Of a stretch of DNA of 64,000 nt, positions 1 to 10,727 are shown piece after piece. The stretch is from the NCBI RefSeq assembly GCF_052425735.1, contig NC_135769.1, positions 26,226,001 to 26,290,000 on the forward strand. Direction: 5' to 3'. The DNA comes from Oculina patagonica (lineage: Eukaryota). The position numbers and the translations under genes were made by a program. The notes below the pieces were generated by a model. The model worked only from the letters and a program-made list of their open reading frames with translations. It was not told where the DNA came from and ran no database searches. Numbering within the stretch: position 1 is the stretch's first letter; every line of letters starts with the position of its first letter.

Positions 1-702
1 GGCGCAGGCAAGAACATTTGGCTTCAAAGGGGGTCATGCGAAAAATTCTGCTGTGTAAGGGGGTGTGGGTCATTGTATGATGGCATCTATAAATAGTCCA
101 CAACTTCTATCAGAATGCCTAAAATAGTGTTTCTGAGGTTCTGAAAATTATTTTTCCCAGGGGGCATGCATACAGACCCCCATAATTTGCTCTGGTCCGG
201 GCGAACACATCAACTCAACCCTATCAACTATTTTTTTTTTTTTTGCAAACACAGTTGACCCACACTAACAATCGCGTCCTTTCAATAAACAGTAAATCAA
301 AAGCACTAGCAGTATTATTATTATAACTTAAAAATACAGTTTGTTTGATATTCTGAAGTTCAGCTTGATAAGTTTTAGTTGCCATCTTTTTCGGGGGGGG
401 GGGGGGGGGGTCATATTAATTTTTTTGGATATTGTAGGGGGACCAGGGTAAAAATTTCCGATCAGGAAATTACAATTAACAGTAACTATCTATCAAATCC
501 CTTCAGCCCCAGCCCTCCTCCCCCACTCCCCCTCCCTCTTTGCGTTAATCTCAGATGCGCTGACAAAAAAATCTGTATCTGTAGGCGAACAAAAAATTCG
601 TACAAAGCTCAAACCCACCCTCCCCCCTCCCCACCCTTCCAGTGCGAAATAGTGTTTAAGAGGAAATCCGCCAGGACTTCGAGTAGTTATTGGACAAAAT
701 TA

Positions 703-1140
703 TGTACCAAAACTATTTACACCTGATTGCAAGCTTTTGTGTTACTGCTTTAAATATCTTATCGAAAGAAATCTTTTCTAACAACACCACACATCGAAAA
801 CACATTTTGAAGTTCCGCTGAATTCCACTGAATCGCTTAAAAGATGTAAGCTTTTGCCCATAGCTTGTGAACTTTAAATATCATTTTCTCAGACTCTGAT
901 AAGAAATTGTTGTACCAGAATTATTTTCACCTTATTGCAAACTTTTTTGTTACTGCTTCAAATATCTTATCAAAAGAAATCTTTTCTAACAACACCACAC
1001 ATCGAAAACACATTTTGAAGTTCCGCTGAATTCCACTGAATCGCTTAAGACGAATTTACAAAATGGCTACACGTGAGATTTTGCGCATACCTTGTGAACT
1101 TTGAAATTCATTTTCTCAGACTCTGATAAGAAATTGTTGT
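703..1140. repeat. Imperfect tandem duplication, unit ~210-230 bp
   Basis: aaagaaatcttttctaacaacaccacacatcgaaaacacattttgaagttccgctgaattccactgaatcgcttaa and attttctcagactctgataagaaattgttgt each occur twice (~703-912 and ~911-1140). Confidence 0.85.
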
Positions 1141-2045
1141 TGGCGTTATCACGGATAATTACTTACATCTTTACCTTTTATTAAGGGTAGGAAATAACGC
1201 AATAGGATTTAAATTATTCTGGAAATTGATTTTTGTCCAACTTTAATAAATATTACTCGACTTCCTAGTGGATTCCGTCTTAATTTATAATTTACCTAAT
1301 AAAGTATTAAGTCCGATCAGAATACAGGAGGAGTTAGATGGGCCTGGCTACAGGAGCACGTGGTATGTTTGCGCCGTAAGGAGTATCAGGTGTCGAAGCA
1401 AGCAGTAGCGACATGCTTACAACTGATATGGACCTTGACCGGTGACCCTCTCTTGAGCTTCCGCCTTCGTCTTCTTTCACAATGGCCCTACAAATAATCG
1501 AGGGGGGGGGGGGGGCATTGCGCCCTATTAGAAGCCGCAAAACCGAACAAAAAAATCATCAAAAACCGCAGAAAATTTCAACCAAAACTGAAAACCGCAC
1601 GCAGAAAATTCAAATTTACAAAGTCTAACCTTGACCTATTAACAAATAAAGTTTTTTTTTAAAAAAAAGTTTTCCTTATACATTTTGACATTTCTGTTCA
1701 TTTACAAGCTAAATCAAACTATTCAAACTAGCATTTGGAACAGAAAACCAAATGGAAAAACCGAAAACCACAACAAATACCAAATCCGAGAAAGCGCTTG
1801 AATTTTTGCCGAAAACCGAAAACCAAATGCCATAAGAAGATCAAGCTACAATCCGCATAAAACACCAAAACCGAAAAACCGCAATTTTCCGGGGCGAAAA
1901 CTGAGAAACCGATCTAAAAGAGTGAAAGCGTTCACAACCAAAACAAGAGCCAACATTTCTTTCTCTGATGACACTACGTTTGTGAAAACTATCCAGGGTT
2001 TTAAAACCTGTCAGATGTTAAAACATCTTACGCCATGTAAAAGTA

Positions 2046-2882
2046 GAGACAAACTTTACTCCCGAGTTGGGATTTCGAGTTGGATTTCGAGTTGGGATTT
2101 CGAGTTGGATTTTTGAGTTGGATTTTCGAGTTAGGATTTCGAGTTGGATTTTTGAGTAAGGATTTTCGAGTCAGGATGAAACGAAATCACCGAAACAAGC
2201 AAAAATTTACAGTTGATTTCAGTTTTCTTTGGCCGCCTACTTTGCGAAGTTCGTTGGGAAATTGTAAACTTCGATACGAAGTTGTCAATTTCGTTGCGAG
2301 TTTGCGAATCAAATTGCGAACAGTCGATACAAAGTTCCCAACTTCGGCTCGATTAAACTTCACAAGTTTGCTAGCTGAGGAGAAACAAGAAATACTGCAT
2401 GGCGATCTGAACTCGATAATTTTAAAGGAAACAAGGTAACAGTGTCAATATCCTAGCGACTCTTGCAGCTCAACTTTGAAAAAATAAACCAACATCAATA
2501 GAAACCTTGCATTGTTTTAAACTGGTGCATATTTTAAAAAATCTTCTGTAATTATGTTATTAAAAAGGATTTTGCTACGCTAAACTGTTGGAAACCAATG
2601 TCATAAAAATAAAATATAAAAACATATAAAAGGTTCAAAACATTTGATGTTCAGCGAGCCGTAAACATGTTGTCTTGACAAATTTTCCCTGTCGCGTCGC
2701 GTCGGCTTCGATTAAAATCAATTTTACATAAGGATGGGTAAACCATCCAGTTTCATACGGCTTACAAAGGCAGAAGACTTGAAATTGAAGATTATGCCCC
2801 ACACAAATCGTGAAATGTGTATTTTCATGCGGAAAATCTAAAATTTGACCAAATTTTTGCATGCAAAAAATTTATTAACCTC
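2046..2882. mobile_element. Non-autonomous DNA transposon with 9-bp TSD (Mutator-like) and internal ~14-bp tandem repeats
   Basis: Flanked by GTAAAAGTA at 2037-2045 and 2883-2891. The paralogous empty site upstream of K4 (~25613-25621) has one copy. Termini are GAG...CTC; cgagttggatttt-type repeats at ~2062-2170. Confidence 0.75.
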
Positions 2883-2903
2883 GTAAAAGTATCTTGTCGA
2901 TAT

Positions 2904-3061
2904 TGTAATGTTAGGCTAGCGCCTTAGGGTACCCCCCTAGAGAACTATTTAGTCACGTGACCCGTTGATGGTGCAATACCATGTGTTCAGTTGTAGATTC
3001 GAGTTGTTGTGATTAAACAAAGTTATAACGCTGAGTTTATCGGAGAATTTATGGCGTTACA
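2904..3061 (+). mobile_element. Gypsy LTR (158 bp), solo-LTR-like, with ATAT TSD on both sides
   Basis: TGTAA...TTACA ends; identical to 6760-6917. ATAT precedes and follows it; the empty site cgATATattag is at ~25628-25638. Confidence 0.9.
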
Positions 3062-3182
3062 ATATATTAGTGTCTTACGAACAAGACCAAAGTTCATGAC
3101 ATGTGCACGCGTGCGGTCACGCATACCTTCCTAACGTGAAAATGAGCATGTTTGGCATTGAAGAATTTACAGTGACGTCTTC

Positions 3183-6100
3183 GACTTTACCAGAGACCTT
3201 ACAGGAACTTCTTGAAAGGAGTACTGAGAACTTGATTAACAGTGAAACTGAGAGACTACAGGAGTTGTTGTACAATTACCAACATGTGTTCTCTCTCTCA
3301 GATGGGGATTTGGGCACCACACATCTGGCACAGCACAGAATTGAAACAGGCAATGTGCCCCCAATCCGACAACAGCCTCGACGCACCTCTCCTTGGAAAC
3401 ATGATGAAATCAAACGACAAGTTGCTGACCTTCTGCAGAAAGGGAAGGTGAAAGAATCGTCAAGTCCTTGGTCCTCTCCGGTTGTGCTGGTCAGTAAAAA
3501 GGATGGTAGCCAAAGGCTGTGCGTCGACTACCGCCAATTAAATGCAGCAACTGTAAAGGATGCCTTTCCTTTGCCACGAGTTGACGATTCACTCGCTGCT
3601 TTAAGCGGCTCAAGATGGTTCTCCACACTAGATCTTGCTTCTGGCTACTGGCAAGTGGCCATGGATGCGAACACACAGGAACAGGCAGCATTTGTTATTC
3701 CAAGCGGGTTGTATGAGTGGAATGTCGTGCCATTTGGACTGTGCAATGCACCAAGTACATTTGCCAGATTGATGGAACTTGCGTTGAAGGGCCTTCATTG
3801 GAAGATCTGCTTGTTGATGATGTGATTGTTATGGGACGCACGTTTGAAGAAGAGTTAGAGCGGTTGAAGCAGGTGTTTGAGCGACTAGCGTGTGCAGGAC
3901 TTAAGCTTAAGCCGAAGAAGTGTTTCCTCTTTCAGAAAAGGGTATCGTACCTTGGACATGTGGTCACAGAAGAAGGCATTACTGCAGACCCTGGAAAGGT
4001 GGAACAAGTTCGTACATGGCCCATTCCAGAGAACAGCACAGAGGTCAAAAGTTTCCTTGGACTCGCCTCGTATTACCGCCGGTTCATCCCTAATTTTGCA
4101 GCCGTAGCTCAACCACTGCATAAGCTAACAGAAGCTAAGACAGAGTTTGTTTGGACAGGACAATGTCAGCTGGCCTTCGACAGCCTAAAAGGTTTACTTA
4201 CGTCCGATAGAGTCCTGGCCTATCCGACCAGAGAGGGGAAGTTTGTGTTAGACACCGACGCATCGGACCATGGAATTGGTGCAGTGTTATCGCAGCTTCA
4301 GGATGGGGTGGAGAAACCTATTGCGTTTGCGAGCCGGACATTGTCCAAGTCTGAAAGGAACTATTGTGTGACTCGTCGTGAGCTATTGGCAATTGTTGAA
4401 TTTGTAAAGCAACATCGGCATTACTTACAGGGTGCAAGATTCTGCGTAAGAACTGACCATGCCCCTTTGCGTTCCGTCATTAGGGCAAAAGATCCTGAAG
4501 GACAACTGGCACGTTGGATTGAATTCTTAAGTACTTTTGACTTTGAGATCCAATATCGATCAGGACAGCAACACCAGAATGCTGATGTGCTCTCCCGTCG
4601 ACCTTGTGATGACCGTTGTAAGTGGTGTGTAGGTTGGAAGTCACAGAAGCAAGTGACTTTTGTTCACGTGGGTGTTCAGACTGAGGTACATGCCCCAAAC
4701 CAGGACAATGAACAGCCTGCAAACTGTGAGGGTCCTGTTGGTGATCGTTGTGGGACCGTAAAGTTAGAACCAACGTGGGCTTCCACCTTCTTGAGGGAGC
4801 AGCAGGAAGCAGATTCTGATCTCAAGGTCATTATTGGATGGAAGAAAGCCAGTGAAAGGAAACCATTGTGGGAGGATGTGTCACCTCAGAGTCGTGGGGT
4901 AAAGGCCTTGTGGGCACAATGGGACAGGCTGCTCTTCAGAAATGGTGTACTTTGTCGGAAATGGGAAAGTGACGCAGGAGATCAGACGACTAACCAGGTT
5001 GTTCTTCCAGAGAGTCTCCGAGAGACTGCTTTTGAAGCTCATCATAGTCACACGACAGCTAGTCATCGCGGTGTACGAAAGACCATGGGTACTCTTCAGT
5101 CTCGTTATTATTGGCCAGGACTTACTTCAGCAGTTCACTCACTGGTTACCAGGTGCCATGTCTGCGCTTCAAAGAAAACATGGGGAAAGAAACGTCGTGC
5201 TCCGTTGAAACAGTACGTGGTGGGAGCTCCCATGGAACGTATTGCGATTGACATTCTTGGCCCACTGCCAGAAACTCCACGGAAGAACAAGTTCATACTG
5301 GTGGTTAGTGATTATTTCACTAAATGGACTGAAAGCTACCCAATACCAAACCAGGAGGCCACTACTGTTGCTGAGAAGTTAGTGGACGAGTTCATTTGTC
5401 GCTTCGGTGTACCCCGTCAACTTCATAGCGACCAAGGGACTAACTTTGAATCGAAGGTGTTTGCTGAAATTTGCAAGCTGTTAGACATTGAGAAGACTCG
5501 CACCACTCCACTGCATCCCCAATCTGATGGGCAAGTGGAACGTTTTAACCGGACTCTTGTTGAAATGCTGCGTGGAAAGATTAACGAGGACCAAAAGGAC
5601 TGGGATCTTCAGCTTCCAGCTTGCATGATGGCATATCGAGTTGCTGTACACGAGTCGACAGGGGTTTCGCCTAATCTGTTAATGCTGGGTCGAGAACTGG
5701 AAGTTCCCTTGGATGCCATAACAGAGGCACCTCCTGATGCGTCGCCGCTCAAGATGGACTATGCCCAGGCTGTTCAAAAGAGGTTGGCCAGTGCACATGA
5801 TTTGGCTAGGCGACATTTGAACAAGGCAGCCATGCGCCAGAAGAGAAACTATGACAAACGACTTGCTGGAAGACCATTCAGTACTGGTGATTCTGTTTGG
5901 CTACACAATGTGAAGAGAAAGAGAGGGAGAAACCCTAAACTTGACTGTCCTTGGGAGGGACCTTACCTGGTGATATCAGTGCTATCAGATGTTGTTTACC
6001 GAATCCAGAAGAGCAAGAAGGCAAAGCCAAAGGTTGTTCACTCAGACCGATTAAAGCCTTACCTTGGGCCTCTACTGGAGGGATGGATTACAGAAAGGCA

Positions 6101-6530
6101 GACAGAGTTATCGAATCAGCAAGAGAAGAGTAAAGAAGCATCGGATGTTGATTCTCCGGTTTTTGTCGAAGATAGACAGTCAGCTCCAGTTAGTGATGGA
6201 GAGGGAGTTGAGCTTGTTGAAACGGAGTCAACGTTGGGAGGAGAGGAAACTGGTGCCACTCTGAGACCTGAGAATGATGATGCTACCCCGAGACCTCAGA
6301 GTGATTGCAATGGGGGTGATAACCGTGACCAGCCTGATGATGTGAGGGAACCCGAACCTCAAGTGGAATTGCCAATGGCTAGTGCAGATAACAGTAATCC
6401 AGAGGATTTCAGTCGTCAAACCGTGGAGCCAACTGGACAAGTTGTACCTGAGGCAGATTCCAGTGCTCATGGAAGACCCTCAAGACAGCGAAAGCCACCA
6501 AATTGGTACGGGACTTCGGTGGCTGGTTAA
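3183..6530 (+). pseudogene. pol: Gypsy pol, frameshifted at the RT YxDD motif (~3812); gag and protease absent
   Basis: ORFs 3103-3825 and 3717-6530 overlap in different frames; ICL[...]DDVIV lacks the Y of YxDD. Confidence 0.9.
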
Positions 6531-6917
6531 CTGATTTTTCCAGTGATGACTAAGAACTGATAGACTTTATGAAACAGATAAAGCAAATTGACAAGTTCAG
6601 GTGTTTTAATGTTTGCCTGAGAACTGTGGACATTTGTCATGTTCATGAACAGTCGTTAGAGACTTTTAGTTTGTTGTGTTACATTCAAATTGGTTCAAAA
6701 CACTCGGAAGTGACTTTCATAGTGGACACGCACTGCGACAGTGCTCATAGGGGGAGTGGTGTAATGTTAGGCTAGCGCCTTAGGGTACCCCCCTAGAGAA
6801 CTATTTAGTCACGTGACCCGTTGATGGTGCAATACCATGTGTTCAGTTGTAGATTCGAGTTGTTGTGATTAAACAAAGTTATAACGCTGAGTTTATCGGA
6901 GAATTTATGGCGTTACA
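3183..6917 (+). mobile_element. Gypsy/Ty3 LTR retrotransposon, 5'-truncated (RT-RNaseH-integrase, PPT, 3' LTR)
   Basis: RT motifs SPWSSPVVLV, LCVDYRQLN, LDLASGYWQV, PFGLCNAPSTF; RNase H DTDAS...RELLAIV...TDH; integrase HHCC, D-D-E (IDILG/SDQG/VERFN) and GPY. PPT agggggagtgg at 6749-6759; LTR 6760-6917. Confidence 0.95.
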
Positions 6918-7203
6918 ATATATTAGTGTCTTACGAACAAGACCAAAGTTCATGACATGTGCACGCGTGCGGTCACGCATACCTTCCTAACGTGAAAATG
7001 AGCATGTTTGGCATTGAAGAATTTACAGTGACGTCTTCATGCTATGAAAAGACGCACTCGATTAATCATGCCATGTTACTTTGGCGGTCGAAGAATATTT
7101 TCGTTCATCAGCGTGTTTTTTCGCACACAGCTCTGTGTAGTGTCAAAGGCCATGAACGTTCTAATCAAAAGACTTTGAGAGCAAAGATCATTTTGGCATA
7201 AAG

Positions 7204-9156
7204 ATGGCAACTTTACTTAAACCTGCTACTGAGCATGCTTCTCCAAGTAAAGACGTTTTCAGTGAAGTCAGTGAATTCTTTATGCCCAAAGACACACTCG
7301 ATCAGCCATGCGACGTTGTTTTGGTAGTCAAAGATGGCAAAAAATTCAAAGCTCACCGACAAGTTCTTTCAGAGGCAAGTCCTTTCTTCGAAAAGCTGCT
7401 GAACAATGACATGAAAGAGTCAAAAGAGGGAATAGTTCGGTTGGAGACGTTTTCCGAGTCCGTTGTGGGAAATACACTGACGTTTATTTACACCGGTAAT
7501 GTTCATGTATTGACTGAAGACAATTCCCGAGATCTGATCGTTATGGCCGATTATTTATTTGTTGAAAACTTAAAAAATCTCGCTAAGGAAGTTTTAGTAC
7601 AGAAGTTAAACACTTCAAATTGCATTTCTATTCACTACTTTTCCGAAAGATATCAGTGCACAGAACTTTTCTTCAACGCCACAAAATTCATCCTGGCCAA
7701 TTTCAGCGTTGTATACGCAGCCAGCCAGGAAGAAATTCTGAATATGTCGAGTAAAGAAATCCAAATGTGGATTTCAAGTGATGAAATAAATGTTACCGTC
7801 GAAGAAGACGTGTTCAACATCATTCTAGCATGGATTGATCATGACAAACGTAAGCGAAAGAAATACTTTCCCGAGTTATTTCGTCAAGTTCGACTGGTTT
7901 ATGTATCGCGTGACTTTCTATGCAGTAATATCTCAACAAATGACCTTGTGAATGACAATGAGGACCGTTTGGCTCTTGTGGAGGAAGCTATGAGGTTGAT
8001 TGAGTCTAGAAACTACGACAATCTCCCAGTCACCCCCAGAAAGTGCCTTTTGGTCCCCGTTATAGTAGCCTGTAGCCCATACAAGGGTCATCCTATTCAC
8101 TGTTATTTTCCTCGTGAGGATCGGTGTGGCACTTTAGGCGAGATGCCATTTCATTTCTTGAATAGCCATCTTATCCCTTGTCATGGTAAAATCTACGGTT
8201 TGAGGCCTGGATCCTCTTTCGACCGATGCCAAATGGCGAGTTTCGCTCCATACACTAACAATTGGATGCCATTACAATGCAAAGAAGACAGAATCTTGAA
8301 GCAAATATTTGTTGTGAATGAAAATGAAATGTACGCTTTGGTATCTGAAGCATGTGCGACGTGTCACACCACAAGACGTGTGCAACGTGTCACGGAGGAG
8401 GAGGGAGGGCAGTTTTTTTACGAATGGTCCTGCCGCAAGGAAAAACATATTTCCTTCATCACGAAGTACAAACCGGAATCAAACTCATGGGAAGACATTT
8501 CATCATTTGATCACATGCATTTAAGGGAAAATGTTTGCATTGTAGCCAAGGACAATTTTGTTTACTTTATTGGCGGTGCAGAATGTTGTTGTTGTGCAGA
8601 ATGTTGTAATCGGGATTCACGATACAACTACCTGACTGATGTTGAGAGGTATGACCTTCGCAAAAACCAGTGGGACAAAGTAGCTGACATTCACATAGAT
8701 GCAAGGAATCATATTACCAGTGCTGCGGCGCATGAAAAAATTTTCATTGCTGGCGGCCGTTTCTGTGAGGTGTTCATTGAAACAACAAATGAATGGCAGT
8801 TTGTTTCAACGCCTTATAGTTTTTATCCTCAATCGGAAAGAAAACTCCTGTCAATTGACGACAGGCTGTATATTCTGGCCAAAGTGGAAATCTTTAAAGT
8901 TCATGAAGGGAAAATTCAACACCGGATAGAGGTCAAGTGCTATGACCCTGACAAAAATGAATGGAGCCATAAAACTGAAATAAATGTCACCAAGGTGGAT
9001 TTCTTTTATGACAATCGGACCTATTGTTCAATACACCTTTTCAAAGGATTCCTCAATAATGAACCAGAGAAAGAGGACAAGCGGGAAACGCCCATTCTTC
9101 GCGCAGCTTGTCTTCGTTGCGCTTACAAGCAGAGAATACAAAACAGGCGGAAATGA
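7204..9156 (+). CDS. K1: intronless BTB-BACK-Kelch protein; 13-bp deletion at ~9090 shifts the ORF out of the repeat/CaaX tail (ancestral end 9515)
   Basis: BTB (CDVVLVV..FKAHRQVLSEASPFF), BACK (SSDEINV..EEDVF..ILAWIDHD), Kelch (YFIGG..VERYD..W; CYDPDKNEW). Alignment with K4 shows loss of aaatctccttccg. Confidence 0.9.
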   Translation: MATLLKPATEHASPSKDVFSEVSEFFMPKDTLDQPCDVVLVVKDGKKFKAHRQVLSEASPFFEKLLNNDMKESKEGIVRLETFSESVVGNTLTFIYTGNVHVLTEDNSRDLIVMADYLFVENLKNLAKEVLVQKLNTSNCISIHYFSERYQCTELFFNATKFILANFSVVYAASQEEILNMSSKEIQMWISSDEINVTVEEDVFNIILAWIDHDKRKRKKYFPELFRQVRLVYVSRDFLCSNISTNDLVNDNEDRLALVEEAMRLIESRNYDNLPVTPRKCLLVPVIVACSPYKGHPIHCYFPREDRCGTLGEMPFHFLNSHLIPCHGKIYGLRPGSSFDRCQMASFAPYTNNWMPLQCKEDRILKQIFVVNENEMYALVSEACATCHTTRRVQRVTEEEGGQFFYEWSCRKEKHISFITKYKPESNSWEDISSFDHMHLRENVCIVAKDNFVYFIGGAECCCCAECCNRDSRYNYLTDVERYDLRKNQWDKVADIHIDARNHITSAAAHEKIFIAGGRFCEVFIETTNEWQFVSTPYSFYPQSERKLLSIDDRLYILAKVEIFKVHEGKIQHRIEVKCYDPDKNEWSHKTEINVTKVDFFYDNRTYCSIHLFKGFLNNEPEKEDKRETPILRAACLRCAYKQRIQNRRK

Positions 9157-9462
9157 CATTTCCTTCTGCCCAATCTTCGCGCGACTTGTCTTCGTTGGGC
9201 TTACAAGCAGAGAATACAAAACAGGCGGAAATAACATCTCCTTCCGCCCAATCTTCGCGCGACTTGTCTTCCTTGCGCTTACAAGCAGAAAATACAAAAC
9301 AGGCGGAAATGGCATCTCCTTCCGCCCAATCTTCGCGCGACTTGAGCTTGTCTTCGTTGCGCTTACAAGCAGAGAATTCAAAACAGGCGGAAATGACATT
9401 TTCTCTCCATTCATCGCGCGACTTTTCTTCGTTGCGCTTTCAAGCAGAGAATACAAAAGAGG
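9085..9462 (+). repeat. 78-bp coding minisatellite, ~5 copies (K1)
   Basis: Unit gaaatgacatctccttccgcccaatcttcgcgcgacttgtcttcgttgcgcttacaagcagagaatacaaaacaggcg = EMTSPSAQSSRDLSSLRLQAENTKQA. Confidence 0.95.
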
Positions 9463-10727
9463 CATCTTTGAAGATGCGAAGGCAACCCAAATGCTGCAAA
9501 TGCTTAATCTTGTGACTACACTGGTAGGCTACGAACAGGAATCCGTATGCATTCCTTGGATTCCCGCCATGCAAAGGCCGTGTCCGAGGTGCAGACACTG
9601 GCAACCAGCGACCACTTTTAGTAAGCTGCGTTCTAATATTGATATGAGGACAAATATGCTGTCCAGTGTGTTACGGACTGGCGTGGTAATTCACCATGAA
9701 CTTTATACATTGTGTGTGTACCCTGGATTTTTTTCTAAAACTTGACAGAGACTGGAACCCATGGTCTGGAACCCAGGATATAGACTGCGTTCCAAGAGAA
9801 TGAGTTGATAGAGACAAATTTAATTGTCACGTTAACCTGTAATTACTCCTGATGCTTTCGACTAGCTCCCCATCCAGGGGAGGTAATGTAACTCCTAGAT
9901 AGGTGCATTATACTACAACGAGCAAACAGGTTTTTCCCTTGAAAATGAGAATGATAATATATATATGCACTGTACGTAACATCAATTGTAACTCACACAA
10001 TACTTCATAATATCTTGTAAAACGGTTCTGTTAGACGTTCTTTGTATAGTTTACAGTTACTGTTTGTTGTAAGTACTAACACTAATAAAACATTTAATGA
10101 AAAAAAACGTAACGGGCAAACGGTGCCAACATACTTATTTCAGTAACACAATTAGTTACAACACATTACATTTTCTCGCTAACTTGTCAAAACTCCTGGT
10201 GCTATCGACTAGCTCCCCATACACGGGAAATAGTGTTGCTCCTAGGTTGTCGGCACATACTACTTACTCAACGGACTCGCGGAGCCAACTATACAGTTAA
10301 CTGAGTTACTCGATTTGCTTCATCCAAACGATACACTGTCATGTTTAACGAACGTCTCTCCATCCAAGTTCCCACACAGACACTTTTAGAGGCATAGCTT
10401 ATTCTGTAGCTACAGCCTGATTTATATTTGGAAAAAAAGTCCAGATAAAAAGTGACATTCCTTTACAAAAAAAACATTGCGTGTGTAAAAAAAATAGTTT
10501 GTTCACTTTTGATATTTTGTCGCCTTTTTGAATTTTGAATTTTAAGATTTTAACTTTCCTAATTTTTACAATTAATATAATAATACTTGTTAAGAGCATC
10601 GAGACTACAGTTTGATGCGTTTTTAAATTTTTTAACATACATTGATCATCCGCCCGGTTACAGGTGGTGAAGCCAGTAGAGTAGCCTGCGAGCAGGCTCA
10701 CCGTTGGGTCAGATGCTCGAGCGAGTA

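Noticed and set aside
1334-1490. Possible minus-strand exon (GC-richer, preceded by tttgtag)
   Set aside because: No recognisable homology or partner exon in the window; needs BLAST or RNA-seq.
3183-9156. Diversity-generating retroelement (RT next to a variable gene)
   Set aside because: The RT is an ordinary, broken Gypsy pol with integrase and LTR. There is no template/variable repeat pair with adenine-specific mismatches, and the variation includes indels.
8984-9745. Overlapping and antisense ORFs across the 78-bp repeat (also 9028-9465, 27753-28262, 36712-37056)
   Set aside because: A stop-free repeat unit automatically gives long ORFs in other frames; no independent support.
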